From assembly GCF_001194135.2 (NCBI RefSeq), contig NC_069000.1, forward strand, positions 30,517,701-30,563,569: a stretch of 45,869 nt of DNA. Direction: 5' to 3'. Positions 21,481 to 34,444 of the stretch are shown here, one piece after another. Both the position numbers and the translations under genes were made by a program. Position 1 is the stretch's first letter. Each line of letters starts with the position of its first letter. This DNA comes from Octopus bimaculoides. Its lineage: Eukaryota. A model generated the notes under the pieces. That model searched no databases. It was not told where the DNA came from and saw only the letters and a program-made list of their open reading frames with translations.

Positions 21481-24017
21481 CAGAAGAAACTTTGGCATAT
21501 GATAGATAGTAGAGGTAACTGAGACTTTTTGTTCGAGATTGTAGTAGTAGAGAATGTGATGCTCCTCTGTGAGACAGAATTTGCAAAACCTAAATCTGTT
21601 CCTGAATGAGAAATGTATTTTTAAATATCCATAGGTCAAGAGGTAAATTTTTTTTATGTTGTCGTAGAATGGGGAGGAGTGGGAGATTATGAATATGATG
21701 GTATCTGTGCATGAAGTTGTATGTCTTTTGGGGATGATGTTGGAAGGTCATGGAAGGTCTACATTGAAGAGAGTATGAGGATGGATCCCTGTGATATAAC
21801 CATCTAGAGATTTAAGTTCTGGAAGTTTAGTAATATTGATGGCAGTTAGAATGGTAAATGTGAGAGGAGTTCCTTTGAAGGTGTCATGTACCTTGTGTGC
21901 GTGGTGGTTGAATGTAATGGTTTGGTGAGTATGGTCATGGATGAGTATTTTAAAACTTGAGATTATCCATAGAATGATGTTACTTCATTTGGGTTTTAGA
22001 AATGCTATGAATTTGCTCAGTTTTTAGATTCTAGGAACTTGACATAGCTGACAGAAGCAGTTGCCTACAGTGTTGAGTGGAGTGATTCTTAGAAGTACCA
22101 GGTGTTTAAGGTATATGTTTGTAATTTTGTCTAACTCTGACACTTTTAAGTTTTTAGAAAAAGTGCTAGTTAATCAAGTACTGTGGAAGCTGTCGTGGCC
22201 AGTCACTTCCCATCCTCAGTGGTTACTAGTATGGCTTCAACTGCAGCCAGCTCTACTGTTGTTCTTGTGTCACTCACAAGTGATCTCCTGCCTTTGAAAA
22301 CTTTAGGAAAACGCAGTATTGTTGAACCTGACTGACATCATCAAAGCCCTCAAATGTTTTGCATAAGAAACCCTGATTTAAAGAGATTATTGAAGGCTGT
22401 CATAGAGAATACAAGCATTTTTGATCTCTAGTACAGAAAGTACACAAAAGAGTGCCAGAGAAACTTTAGATAATGATTAACAATGAAGATTTGACAAAAG
22501 AAAAAAAAAACTGTTTTGTGGAGATAGAAATCCAAGGAGAGAAAATAGATCAGGGAAGAACATTATGACACCCCAAGTAAGGGATTCATCAAAAAAAAAA
22601 AAAAAAAAAAAAAAAGATCAGACACCATGGCAAAATTTATTTCTGATTGATTCAATAAACCAGATGTCAATGCACTCAGAAACTATAAAGTCCAGTGACT
22701 CTCACCTACAATAAACACCATAGAAACCAGGTGATACAATCATAACATCAGAAACAAGTCTTTTATGTTTTGAGTTCAATTCCCACTGAGGTCAACTGCC
22801 TTTCATTCTTCCAGTGTCAATAAAATAAAATATCAGTCAAGCACTAGGGTTGAGTTTAATCAACAGACAGTTGAGTCTGTCAGGATTATTACTGTGGATC
22901 TCAAATGAAGTTTTTAGAGCTGCTTGTGCTTTAAGGGCAGATGAATGTATAACCATCAAATGGCCACAGCATGAGGGGCAGTGGCCATAGGTATAATTAG
23001 CCTTGAAAGACATTGAGTTTGATCAATGTCAACAGAAATCCATTTCTTAAAACAAGATCTTGGAAGGCTGAATGACTAAAGAAATATATTATTCCAAATA
23101 TAATATTAAGGAATAATAAAGATACTGTAAAGTATAGTTTTAATAAAACATCATCATTTAACATCCATTTTCCATGCTGGCATGAATTAGATGGTTTAAC
23201 TGGTCAGGGGCCATCCCAAGATCCATTGTCTGTTCTGGTATGGTTTCTATGGCTGGATACTCATTCTAATGCCAACCACAAAGTGTACTGGGTGCATTTT
23301 ATGTAGCACCAGCTCCAGTATCAATTCTGCTGTGATGGACAGGTCTTCCCGATTAAAGCAATTTGCCAGAAATCTCAGTCCTTAGTCATCTCCTTTATAA
23401 GGCTCGGTGTCTAGAGAGAGGCCTTTTTCATGTCTTAATAATTAGTAAGAAGAGCAAAATCAGTGACCATTGCCATTATAAATTAGGTGGCAGATTAAGA
23501 CTACCATACAAGTGTCCTTTAAGCAGGCTTCTATACTTTCAGGCTATCATATTTCATCGAGTACTAGTCAACTGTAGTAGACACTTGCTCAACGTCACAC
23601 ATTGAGAGTAAATTGGAGACAATGTAATTGTGTGATACACATACACACTGAGAAACACACATGCAAATGGATCTCTGTTGATTTTGATAATGAATATTTA
23701 GTTGTTTGATTAAATCAACTACATACACATTGAATTAAGGTACATGTGGTAAAGTATTCCACAGGCATGTGTATACTTAATGTAATTCTCAGGCAGAATC
23801 AGTGTAAGATAAAGTGTTACAAGGATGGACCTTTGAATCACAGGTTCAATCCATCAGGAAGCTTCCAAACAGCTTGTATACCTGGATTAACCCACAATGC
23901 TTAGGTTGACCTAAGGCCATGACAAATGACATTTACCTTAAACAATACGCAGTGGGGTCAAATCTAGGATCCCGTCCCACAATTGCAATACAAACTTCTT
24001 AACAGTATATATATATT

Positions 24018-24396
24018 TGTTTGTTTCACTCATTAGACTGTGGCCATGCTGGGGCACCGCCTTGAGGAATTTTAGTTGAACTAATTGACCCCAGTACTTA
24101 TTTTTGAAGCCCGATACTTATTCTATCAGTATCTTTTGCCAAACTGCTAAGTTATGAGGACATAAACACACCATCACCAATTGGTAGTGGGTGTCAAACA
24201 CAGACACAAAGGTACACACACACATATATATATACAAAGGGCTTCCTTCAGTTTTCGTCTACCAAATCCATTCACAAGGCTTTGGTCAGCCTGAGGCTAT
24301 AGTAGAAGACACTTGCCCAAGGTGCAATGCAGTGGGACTGAACCCAGAACCATGTGGCTGGGAAGTAAACTTCTCACCACACAGCCATGCCTGTAC
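24018..24396 (-). mobile_element. Full-length SINE family A
   Basis: Has the tRNA-like head (GGTTCTGGGTTCAGTCCC), a central (TA/CA) tract and the 3' domain. Confidence 0.88.
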
Positions 24397-24894
24397 CTAT
24401 ATATATATATATATACTCTAATATTAAACAGTGACAATGAGTGCTCAGGGGATGGGGCACTGGCAGATGATGAAAGGTTAGTGTGACAGTGTGCCAAAGA
24501 GGCAGAAACAGGGGTCTTGTTGTAGAGGAAGTACATGTCACAGAGAGAGAGAGAGAGACTAAGTCAGGAACAGGTGTGTTGCTGTAGAAGAGATACATGG
24601 TTAACAAGTCAGAGGGAGAGAGTGGAAGAAAGCAGGGGAAAAATAGTGAAGTGACAGGGCATGCTTACAAGAAATGGGGATCAGAATATAAATGGGATGG
24701 TAGAGTAGAGCAAGGGAGAGATAAGTGGTGGTAAAGTGGAAGGGTATACCCTCAAGATATGGGGTCAGAATATAAATGGTAGGGTATTGCCAAGGTGCAT
24801 GGGTAGGGAGTAGAGACTTCACATTAATGCAAAGAGTGTGAGGATGAGGAGAGGAGAGATGTTTGGTTTGTTGGGGTAGGGTGTGGGAAAAGTT

Positions 24895-25740
24895 TTATTG
24901 TTGTTACATGTGGATGGAACCCACAATGCATCTAGAACTCAGTCTCACTGAAGTGGGTGGATCTTCTTGAGAACCTCATATTGCCAGATATCTTGGTCCA
25001 TTGTCATCTTCGTGAGGCCCAACATCCTGAGATCAGTCCTCACCGCTTCATCCCATGTCTTCCTGGGTTTCCCTTTTTCACTGGTGCCATCCACTCTCAG
25101 TGATCAGCATTTCTTTATACAGCTGTCTTCATTTATATGCATCACATGTCCAAACCAACGCAGTCTTCTTACTTGCATGCTGCATCTGATTCCTCTTATT
25201 CCCAACTTTTCTTTCAATACATTTGCTCTTTTGTTGTACATGCATACCGACGTTGCACATCTAACAGAGCATACTACCTTCATTCCTCTCAAGTCTATGC
25301 ATGCCTTCTACATTCAGAGCCCATGTCTCACTACCATGGAGTGAGTAAAGCTGTTCATACACAAGCATCATATAATCTACCTTTCATACCAGGAATTTCT
25401 CCTCCAATTCTGCTATAGATTCTGCAACAAGAGCAAGGTCATCAGCATATACTAGTTCCCACAGGTATCCCATTTTGAATTTCTGTTATGGCCTGGAAGA
25501 CTATGATGAATAATAGTGGACTGAGAACTGAGCCCTGGTGGACCCCTACTTGTATGCTAAATTTATCACTGTATTCATGGCCAACTCTCACCCTGCTGAC
25601 AGCATTGCTGTACATGGCTTGTACAGCTCTAACAAGCCACTCATCTACTCCTAACAGATAGCAGAAGCATGGGACTCTATCAAAAGCTTTCTCCAGGTTG
25701 ACAATAACAGCAACTGGAAAGAATGATTTATGAAGAGCAA
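24895..25740 (-). mobile_element. RTE-clade LINE RT fragment
   Basis: VNLEKAFDRVP, GVHQGSVLSPLLFIIV and RRLRWFGHV motifs. Confidence 0.9.
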
Positions 25741-26139
25741 CACCAAACCTATTCAGAGATGTCTGTAGCACGCAATGAGATGAAGGGTAAACTTTCAGTC
25801 ACATTCTGGCTTCTCTCTATCAGTCAAGTGGAGTTTGGATTTGGAATAAAGATAGGACGCAGCAACATCCATTCCTTGTCATCACAACTATCACTACTGT
25901 CATCATTAACACTACCATCACCACAACTATCATCACTACAACCACTACCAACACTATCATCATCATCACAAAAATCATTACTATCACTGTTTGTTTATCA
26001 ATACACTATCATGTGGCATCTTGCCCCTCATCACCACCACCATCTTCATCTTGTGAGGTTCAATGGTTCCAGATCAAAACTCAATCCCTGCCCCACTGTC
26101 CTTTGCTGGTTTTAGCGTTCTTGAATAACCTCAGAGATG

Positions 26140-27783
26140 TGGAGTTTTGTGAAGTTAAAGGCTGATGATGTATATAATAAAACAAAGGGTCACCATGACA
26201 TCTCCTGGCAAAATGTGAGGCAAGAGAAGGAATTTCTGAAGTCTGTAATTCTGGGGAAGAAAAATAGAATGAAGTGTTTCATACAGCATCAAGTTACTGG
26301 ACCAGGTGATGAAAGTTGAGGAGAGAGTTACAGCCCAGTTAATTAGGAACAAAATTAGACTAGATGAAATGCAGTTTGACTTTGTTTTGGGGAGAAACTG
26401 CAAGAGATTTAGCTAAAAACAAGCCATTGTACTTGGCATTTGTTGATTTAGAGAAAGCCTTCAACAGAGTATCTCACTTTTATATGGTGGTCTCTGAGGA
26501 AGCTAGGGGTAGACAAATGGTCAGTGAAAGCAGTACAGGGGTGCTGTTAGTAAGGTAAGAGTTAGCCATAAGTACAGAGATGAATTTAGTGCATAGTTAG
26601 ATTTTCACGAAGGGTCATTCTTCATTTCGCTCCTATCTATCATCCTCCAGGCCATAACAGAGGAATTTAAGACTGGAAGCCCACGGGAACTACTATATGC
26701 TGATGATGTTGCCCTCATAGCAGAATCTGTAACAGAATTAGAAAAGAAATCCCAGGTTTAGAAAAAACCTGGAATCAAAGGGTTTTCAAGTTAACATAGC
26801 AGCAAAGACTAAGGTCTTAGTAAGCAAGAAATTGACAGGACTGTTCTCCCTTCAGGTAAACAGCCCTGCTCAATATGTACGAAAGGTGTAGGCAGGAATT
26901 CCATTCAGTGTATGCAGTGCAAGCTATGGCTACATGAGGTGCAGAGGAATAGTAGGAAGGTTAACAGAGAAAGTAGTGTTTGCATGTGGTAGATGTACAA
27001 GATGCTATAAAGACTACAGATTTCCTTAAATGTCTCAGAGGTACTCTTGTAGTTGTAGATAATTTCTGCTACCTAGGCAACTTAATTAGCAGTGGAGGAA
27101 GTTGTACAGAAAGTGTAATTGCTAGAACAAGAATAGGATGGAGAAAGTTCAGAGAGCTTTTATCTCTATTGGCAACCAAAAGTCACTCTCTCTGAGTGAA
27201 AAGAAGATTGTGTGACACATGTGTACAAACTACAATGCTACATGATAATGAGACATGGGCCCTGAATGCAGATGACATGCAAAGACTAGACAGCAACGAA
27301 GCTGGTATGTTCCACTGGATGTGCAATGTCAGTGTACATGTGTGATAGAACATCTGTGTATTGAGAGAAAAATTGAGCATAAGAAGAATTATATGAAGTA
27401 CGCAAGAGATGAGACTGTGCTGGTTTGGTTATGTGATGTAGATGAATAAGGACAGTTGCATAAAGTGCCAATCACTTAAAGCAGAGGGAAGTTGTGGAAG
27501 AGGGAGACCCAGGTAGATATGGGATGGAGTACTGAAGGCTGATCTCTAAACACTGAGCCTTACGAAGGAGAGTCCAGAGAACTGAAATATGTGGCTAATT
27601 GCTGTACTCAAGACCCACTATCACAGCAGAATTTATATCCTAAAACCAAGGTGACATATAAAAAGCACTGGTGATGCTGCCACATAAAAAGCACCCAGTA
27701 CACTCTGTAAAGTGGAAGAGCATCAAGTCATAGAAGCCAAGACAAAACAGAAATATGGAATCTGGACATTAAATGATGATGAT
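26140..27783 (+). mobile_element. RTE-clade LINE, RT region through 3' UTR and (GAT)n tail
   Basis: LYLAFVDLEKAFNRV; CTATATGCTGATGAT = LYADD at about 26693; FCYLGNLISSGGSC; RIGWRKFRELL; ends ATTAAATGATGATGAT. Confidence 0.9.
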
Positions 27784-28136
27784 ATAGGAAATTAGATATA
27801 GTCAGTGATGAAAGACAAGGCTGATGGTATGAATGGAGCCAGGATAGCAGTGGTGGGCAAGTAGCCTTTTCAGGAGTATAACAACACCAACCAGCAAGGA
27901 AAATTCTATAATGTTGCTATCCTCACTCAATCTAACAACTAAATCTTCTAAAAGCTCTCTTTTCCCTTTAAAATAAAGACCACATAAAATCACTGAAAGA
28001 TCTTCTACACTGCTAAATTTAGCAGCAAAAATTCCTGCTTTTGTTGAAATAGTTTCTTTGCAGTATTTGCCAAAGTACTACAAAAATAAGTTTTAGAGGT
28101 TAAAGAACAACTTAACAAAGATGAAATGCTAATTAA

Positions 28137-28376
28137 CCCTTTCACTGCAAAATTAAATTTCAGATTTGTTCCAGTGATGTTAGATATCTACCAAAAACAG
28201 AATTGGTATTTTCTGCAAGTCATACTGCTTCAATAAACTTGACATATCTCAAACAGAAAATAGTTTCAAACATGACATTTATGAAGAAAAGATAGATTTG
28301 TACAGAAAACTGCTTTCTGTAGTTAAGAGTAATAAAATTTTGAGTGGGATATATCTGTTTTCTGAAGTAAAAAGGG
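28137..28376. mobile_element. 240-bp piggyBac-type MITE
   Basis: TTAA|CCCTTTCACT ... AGTAAAAAGGG|TTAA, with an intact TTAA on both sides. Confidence 0.75.
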
Positions 28377-30477
28377 TTAATAAGCCTGTACCATCTGGGA
28401 TGTGACTTGCTGAAAAGATGCAATCAGTACAAGCAATAGGTATGCAAAAGATGCTGTAGAATCTGTAATAGACTTAAGAAGAGCGAGTGGACATTACAGC
28501 GTAAGCTGATGTATGTGTAGGAGAGATGACTGCACTGGTATGGAGTTATGATATCACTGGGTGTTAAGAAATGGTTGAAAAAATACCATATTCTGACTGG
28601 GAGCTAGTTAAGAGAGTGTCAGAGTCAGATTTCTAGATATTAAAGCACGAAGAAAAGGTTTCACAATCAAGGCAAACGATATTATGTCGTACAACAAACC
28701 TATCCAACCTGTATCAGAAAGAAAACTCGGATGCTACAATTATGAATATGATGGCATCACATATCATTGAGAGAGAAGTAGGGAATACATGCACAGAGTG
28801 ACTCAGCCAGTCAACACGTACGTATTGTATCCATAGAGCTAACATCCTCAATCTGTACTCACGTATCTTCTAAACATTATCTAATCTGCCCAACTAACAT
28901 CAACTATGTTACATACTGTCAATCTTTACAGATAGATACTATGTCTGTTCGTACAGTTAGAATCTATATCCTCAGCCTATCTATGGTCAATATTTACATA
29001 AAGAATGTCTCTATAATCAACGTCTACAGAGTCCATCTATACAACCACCACTACACACTGTATCTATTTATCCAGTCAACCGCTAGACACCGTGCTTGTC
29101 TATACAATGAACATGTTTACTGGGTCTATCGATTTCCGTGGTCAACATATACAAACTCTGTCCATCAATAGTCAATATCTATACATATATATATATATAT
29201 AAGTATGTATGTATCCAAGGAGACAATTCCGCTGGCTGATGTTTTATATAACTTTTCAAAATCGACTAACACACATATCACTTTTGTATAGCTCAAAATA
29301 AAAATAGGAAGATATCAAAACCAACCACACAAAAGATGAAACATCTCCATCATTAATATAAACTCAGTTAAAATTAGAGGCTTGATACTATATGTATATT
29401 TACATACATACACATATTTACTGTAATATATATATATAGTAAATATAAAGGTGGATTTATACATCGATTACATATATACTTACAGTCAATCCAAACGTTG
29501 AAGTTATTCTGCTCAATAGAGTCACGACTCCATAAGCCATCTGGCGGTGTCCACTAAATTCTGTACCTGTCCTAAAGAAAACCCACTCAGGGGCCGATAA
29601 TTGAAGCTGTGTTTTTTTTTTTCTTTTCTTTTATAGTTGTTATCTCAGAAATTTAGAGACTGTAGCGTAGAAGACGAATGATTTCAAGTAATTTCAAGTG
29701 ACGGAATATCTTTTTTTATGGTTATCACTGTGACCGGGTGGTTTGTTTGTGGTAACGTAGTCGTGTTAGAATCATTCACTGTCCGTCTGGCCGCCCGGCT
29801 AAGGATGACGTGATGACAAGGGAGTTGATCGGTCAACCGGTCTAAGCAGGTGGCGTTGGTAGCAACCTAAGGGGGAAACAACTCTACCTCCAACTCTACT
29901 GTACTTCATTCAGCTCGTTTTTCTTTTTCCTCTTCCATCTGCTCTCCTCCTCCTCCTTTTCCTGTTTCTTTTACCACTCTCCTTCTTTATCCCCCTTCCC
30001 TACTGCCACCACTGCTGCTTGCCTCCGATTTCACTTCTTTCTTTGTTCCTTTCTTCTTCTCTTTCCTTCTATCTCACTTCTTTGTTTTATACATTTTTGT
30101 TCTCTCTTTCTACCTGCTCTTCTTCGTTTATTATTGTTGTTCTTAGTTTAATGCAGATTCTTTGTAGTTTTCATTTAACGTCATTGAGGACCCGAATGAG
30201 TGTCACCGCACCACTCTTAAGACTTGTGTTGGTAGTTAAAAAGCTTGCGCATGAAGTGGTGTGACTGAAGTGGCTGTTTGTTGTGGTGTGGTGGTAGCAA
30301 CATTTGTGTGGCAATGGCTGAAGTGGCGAGGTGGTAGTTGCAGTTGCATGTTAGGTCTGGTAGTTATAATGTTGCTGTTGTTCTTGTTTAGCTCAGTGGT
30401 AATGATGGCGGCGGCGGCTGTAGCGGCGTGTTAGTTGTAGTATTAGTGCAGTGGTAGTTTATAACAATATGGTGATG

Positions 30478-30700
30478 AGCCCTAGGTCAACCTTGAGCAA
30501 GCAGACCTTTGATCAAAGACATTCAAGCAAATGACCATACCTTTTTCATTCATTCATTCTTTTCTTTTCTTTTTTTTCTACTGTTGGATAAGCTTATTCT
30601 AGACTACATTATCCAATGTCCATTTTTAAAGTCGGTACAGACGTGATTTGAGGGAGAATTTGGCTGCTGTTTCTACGAGGTCGGTCGACTATGTTGAGAT
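30478..30700 (+). mobile_element. Dispersed repeat family E (unclassified, SINE-like)
   Basis: GCAGACCT.TGATCAAAG.CATTC...GATTTGAGGGAGA.TTGG.TGCT.TT recurs at 31095-31260, 19770-20080 and, reversed, at 18680-18880. Confidence 0.6.
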
Positions 30701-31047
30701 TTCCACGTTAGCTCGTACGTATAGTGGTGTAGTAGTTGTAGCTGCAGTGGTGTGGTATTGCTATTTGTACTGGTGTGCTGGTCGTCACAATGGTGGTGGT
30801 GGTGGTGGTGGTAAGTGAGGTAGTAAAATTGTGGTTGTAGTTATGTGCTGGTGACTGTGGTGGATTAATAGCGCATGTGGTGCTGTCTGTACTTATACAG
30901 CGATGGCTGGTGTTGTCGTGGTAGTAGTAGATGTGGTAATGGTGGTGGTGGTGGTTGCAATGGTACAATAGTAGTGGCTGAGATAAGAGCAGTTCAAGTG
31001 TTATCAGGTATCTATAGTATTACGAGGATAGTTGTAGAGCTAAGAAC

Positions 31048-31048
<1 letters not shown>

Positions 31049-31083
<35 letters not shown>
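31049..31083. repeat. (GTA)n microsatellite within a GTG/GTA low-complexity tract (30720-31090)
   Basis: Read directly from the sequence. Confidence 0.95.
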
Positions 31084-31084
<1 letters not shown>

Positions 31085-32835
31085 CTGTTTTTGTCAAGCC
31101 TGAGGTTGTTCTGATGGAGCAGACTTATGCACAAAGTCATTCCAGCTGTGACCATCCCGTCTTTTTTCCTTAAGTGCAGGAGCCCCAGAACCACATTATC
31201 CATGTGTTCTTTTCTAAGATAGGATGGGATTTGAGGGAGATTTGGTTGCTATTTTTTGTTAGTTGTGTGACTGCGTACAGGCTTTTACGTTGAACGTTAA
31301 TTGTAGTGAATATATGAGGCTCACAGTTTTACGTAGAGCTTAATATTCGATTAAAAGCTCGCAGATAACAAGCACTCATAGGTTTTAACATTTGTAGGAA
31401 AAGACCTACCAATGTCAGAACCCTTTAAGAAATCCTACCATATTTTGGTTTGCTATTGCTCTAGAAAAAATTCTACCAGAGGTAGTGGTACCGAGGAATA
31501 AGCTAAACAAACTCCAACCTCACAATATCGAGAGGCCTCAAAATGATTAAATGGGACATGTATTTTTAATCTTTATGAGGTTTTATGGTTTAATTTTCTT
31601 TTAGCACGAAGGACCTTACCAAGCCCAAATCTGACACTTATTAGTAGCTATCTCATTAGAGGAAAATTAGACGAAACCAGTTTCAAGAATAGAATAGAAG
31701 AGCTGATTGTTATTTTGCAATCCTCGCGTCACCTCTGATCTAGCAAGCCCCTAGTTGAAAGACCAGGTGAAATTCAAAGATACAATATTCCAGATTTACC
31801 ATTCCTCTATTTAGTGGTACGCAGGATTGAATCGCATGCCGTTCGGTGTAAATATTTCGTCGATTGTTTAACTCCAAGTTTGCGATCCAGCAGACCAGAG
31901 ATCAAACGCTTTCTAGCCGCCACTTTAGGCATGGTGCACCCCAGAAATATTTTCCAATGTGCCCCACCCCCTTTTTTTTTATATAAGACATTCTAGTATG
32001 ATTTGAAGGAGACCAGCCTGCTATTCTGAGCAACTTGACTGACCAGCTAACGGCTCTGTTACTGGCTCGTGTGGTTTTTGGAAGTGTTTACAGTTCTTGT
32101 ACTTTTGTACTTAACACTAGTAGTGAACAACTAACCCAACAAAAGGTTTAAAGCTAACCATGATACTAATGCTTGAACTATAATCCGTTATAGAACTAAG
32201 TAGTCTCCCTTGTAAGTTTACCATTACAATTGAACCTCGCTATGAGGCCCTCTTCCGGTTTGTTACATGCACTATTAGTTTCGTTTAATGGCGAATAAAA
32301 CACGAGAAAGGTAAATTAGTCTTAATGTATGTTAATTTATTCACCATTTCTTCATGGAAAAGTTCCTATGCTCATAACGTTTGGATGCACCCTTATTATA
32401 CACATGTTGTTTAGTAGTGGCCACACTGATAGAAAATCTTTCAAAACTTTACTGTAGTGCTACACTTCTAAGGACAAGATATCAACAAACTGAATCTATT
32501 TTATCAATTATGTATCACGAAACGTATCTGAATGTATTATTAATGTGTCTATATAAGATGCTGCTATAAGTGTACTACCGGCTATATGTGTGAAACCAAC
32601 AAGGGAGCATATGCGCATTATGTTTTGGCTGGAGTTTAAATGAATTACTAGACCGACATTTACAGACATTGAAGCTCTTAGCAAAGGAATTTAACTTTAA
32701 AGCAATTAACTTCTGTTCAATACAGAAATGACCGTATAAGGGACGCCTTTTATGGTCGTTTATCGTTACACTTAAGGTAACATTAACTTGAAAACAAAAT
32801 CTTAGATCCGCAGATCGCCTATGAGCAAGTACATA

Positions 32836-33091
32836 CAGGAATTCCCCGCGTTACGGTCACCTCAGATTACGGGATTTCGCGCTTACGGAAGTTGTAAACT
32901 GTGGCCTTAATTTCGGGATACGGTCCGTAATTTCACTTTTATAGAAACTTGTATAGTTTTCAGTTGTTAATTTAAAACTACACTTTCTTCTTAGCACAAT
33001 GGCCACTTGCGTTTTGAGATCAAAGTATATGGTTAACGATCTGAGAAACTATCATTACGTTACACACATACATATAATGAACATAATGTGA

Positions 33092-33131
<40 letters not shown>

Positions 33132-34435
33132 CAATGTGTGCGTGTTTCTATCATCCATACCAACACAACCACCAACAGCAATACTAATATACGGTATGAA
33201 GTAGATAAGCAAATCCATTTCAAATAAAAACATGTAATGTGATATCCTAGAGTATTTTAAAAGTTGAATTGCAATGTCTTCGATCTTAGGTCTATGAGGA
33301 GTGATTTCAGATTAAGCAGCCACAACAAAACAATTAGCAAGAACAGTATGATCGCTACACCACCAACAATATCCACCCACCGTCACTAACAATCTCAATC
33401 AATGCAACCCACATCATCCTAACTATCGACCCACCAACTTTTGAATCCAACTGACAACAGATACCAGCATGCACTCTAACACGTGTGTGTAAAAGCGCGT
33501 GTGTGTGTGTGATCCTCAGTCCTTCATTTTTACATCCAAAGGAATAAAGACTATTTTCTCTTCTGAAAAGGCAAATCTTTCCTGGGCTGAATTTTTTTTT
33601 ACTACATATTTCTTGTGGATAATTCATCACCGCTACTGATAGACTTGTCCTCAGTTTAAAAGGATTACACTGGATGTTTTAAAAAGACTTTGAAGCGGAA
33701 GTAAAATTAACTTTGCCAAAGCATTAAATCTTGCAACGTTTACAGTGGGAACACTATGACAACTGAAGGAAAAGTATGTCAGGTGTTCAAGAAGCTACTC
33801 CATTAACTGCCCAGACTGATTTTCCCATAGATCTAATGTTATGATTAAAATAGAGCGACTCTTGAGTGTATGGATCGAGGGTCAGAATCGGTGTAATGTG
33901 ACAATAAACACTACGGTAATTCGAAAAAGAGTCAAAAGTTTATGTGACAATTTGCCGAAAAAGGAAGGTGAAACTTCTAATGAAAAACGCATTTTGGTCA
34001 GTAAAAGCTGGTTTGAAAGGCATAATGTATGAGAAGAACTTCCAAGGTATATTGTATAGGAAGAACTTCCTAACAACTCATGAAGACAGTTGACGGGGAA
34101 GATAAACCTACAGCTAGAGATTTCTGGGAGAAATTCAGTATAATAGATCCTATGGATAATATAAGCTGAGTTATGAGATGAAGTGAACCCTTCAACTTTG
34201 AATAGTACTTGGAAGAGTATATGACCAGACTGTATCCGTGACATTACAAGTTTTCCTCAAGTCTACATACTGTGACACTTGCAAAAGACGTAGGATTTGA
34301 AGAAGTCATAGAAGATTGAGTTGTTAGCGTCCCAGAGAGAAAGTTAATCTAATGAGGAGCTGAAGCCATTAGAAAAAGAACAAGCTGGGAATAGAGATGA
34401 GACAACAGAAGTTCCACCTAGAAAAACTTAAATTG
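32836..34435 (+). mobile_element. Tigger/pogo transposon relic
   Basis: TA|CAGGAATTCCCCGCGTTACG TIR-like start; psq-like HTH KRITLDVLKRL*SGSKINFAKALNLATFTVGT; CENP-B HTH IERLLSVWIEGQN...SKSWFER; C-terminal LAKDVGFEEV. Confidence 0.8.
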
Positions 34436-34444
34436 GCTACGAGA

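Noticed and set aside
24330-24396. tRNA-like A/B boxes here and at other SINE heads
   Set aside because: They continue into SINE bodies and form no complete cloverleaf, so they are not tRNA genes.
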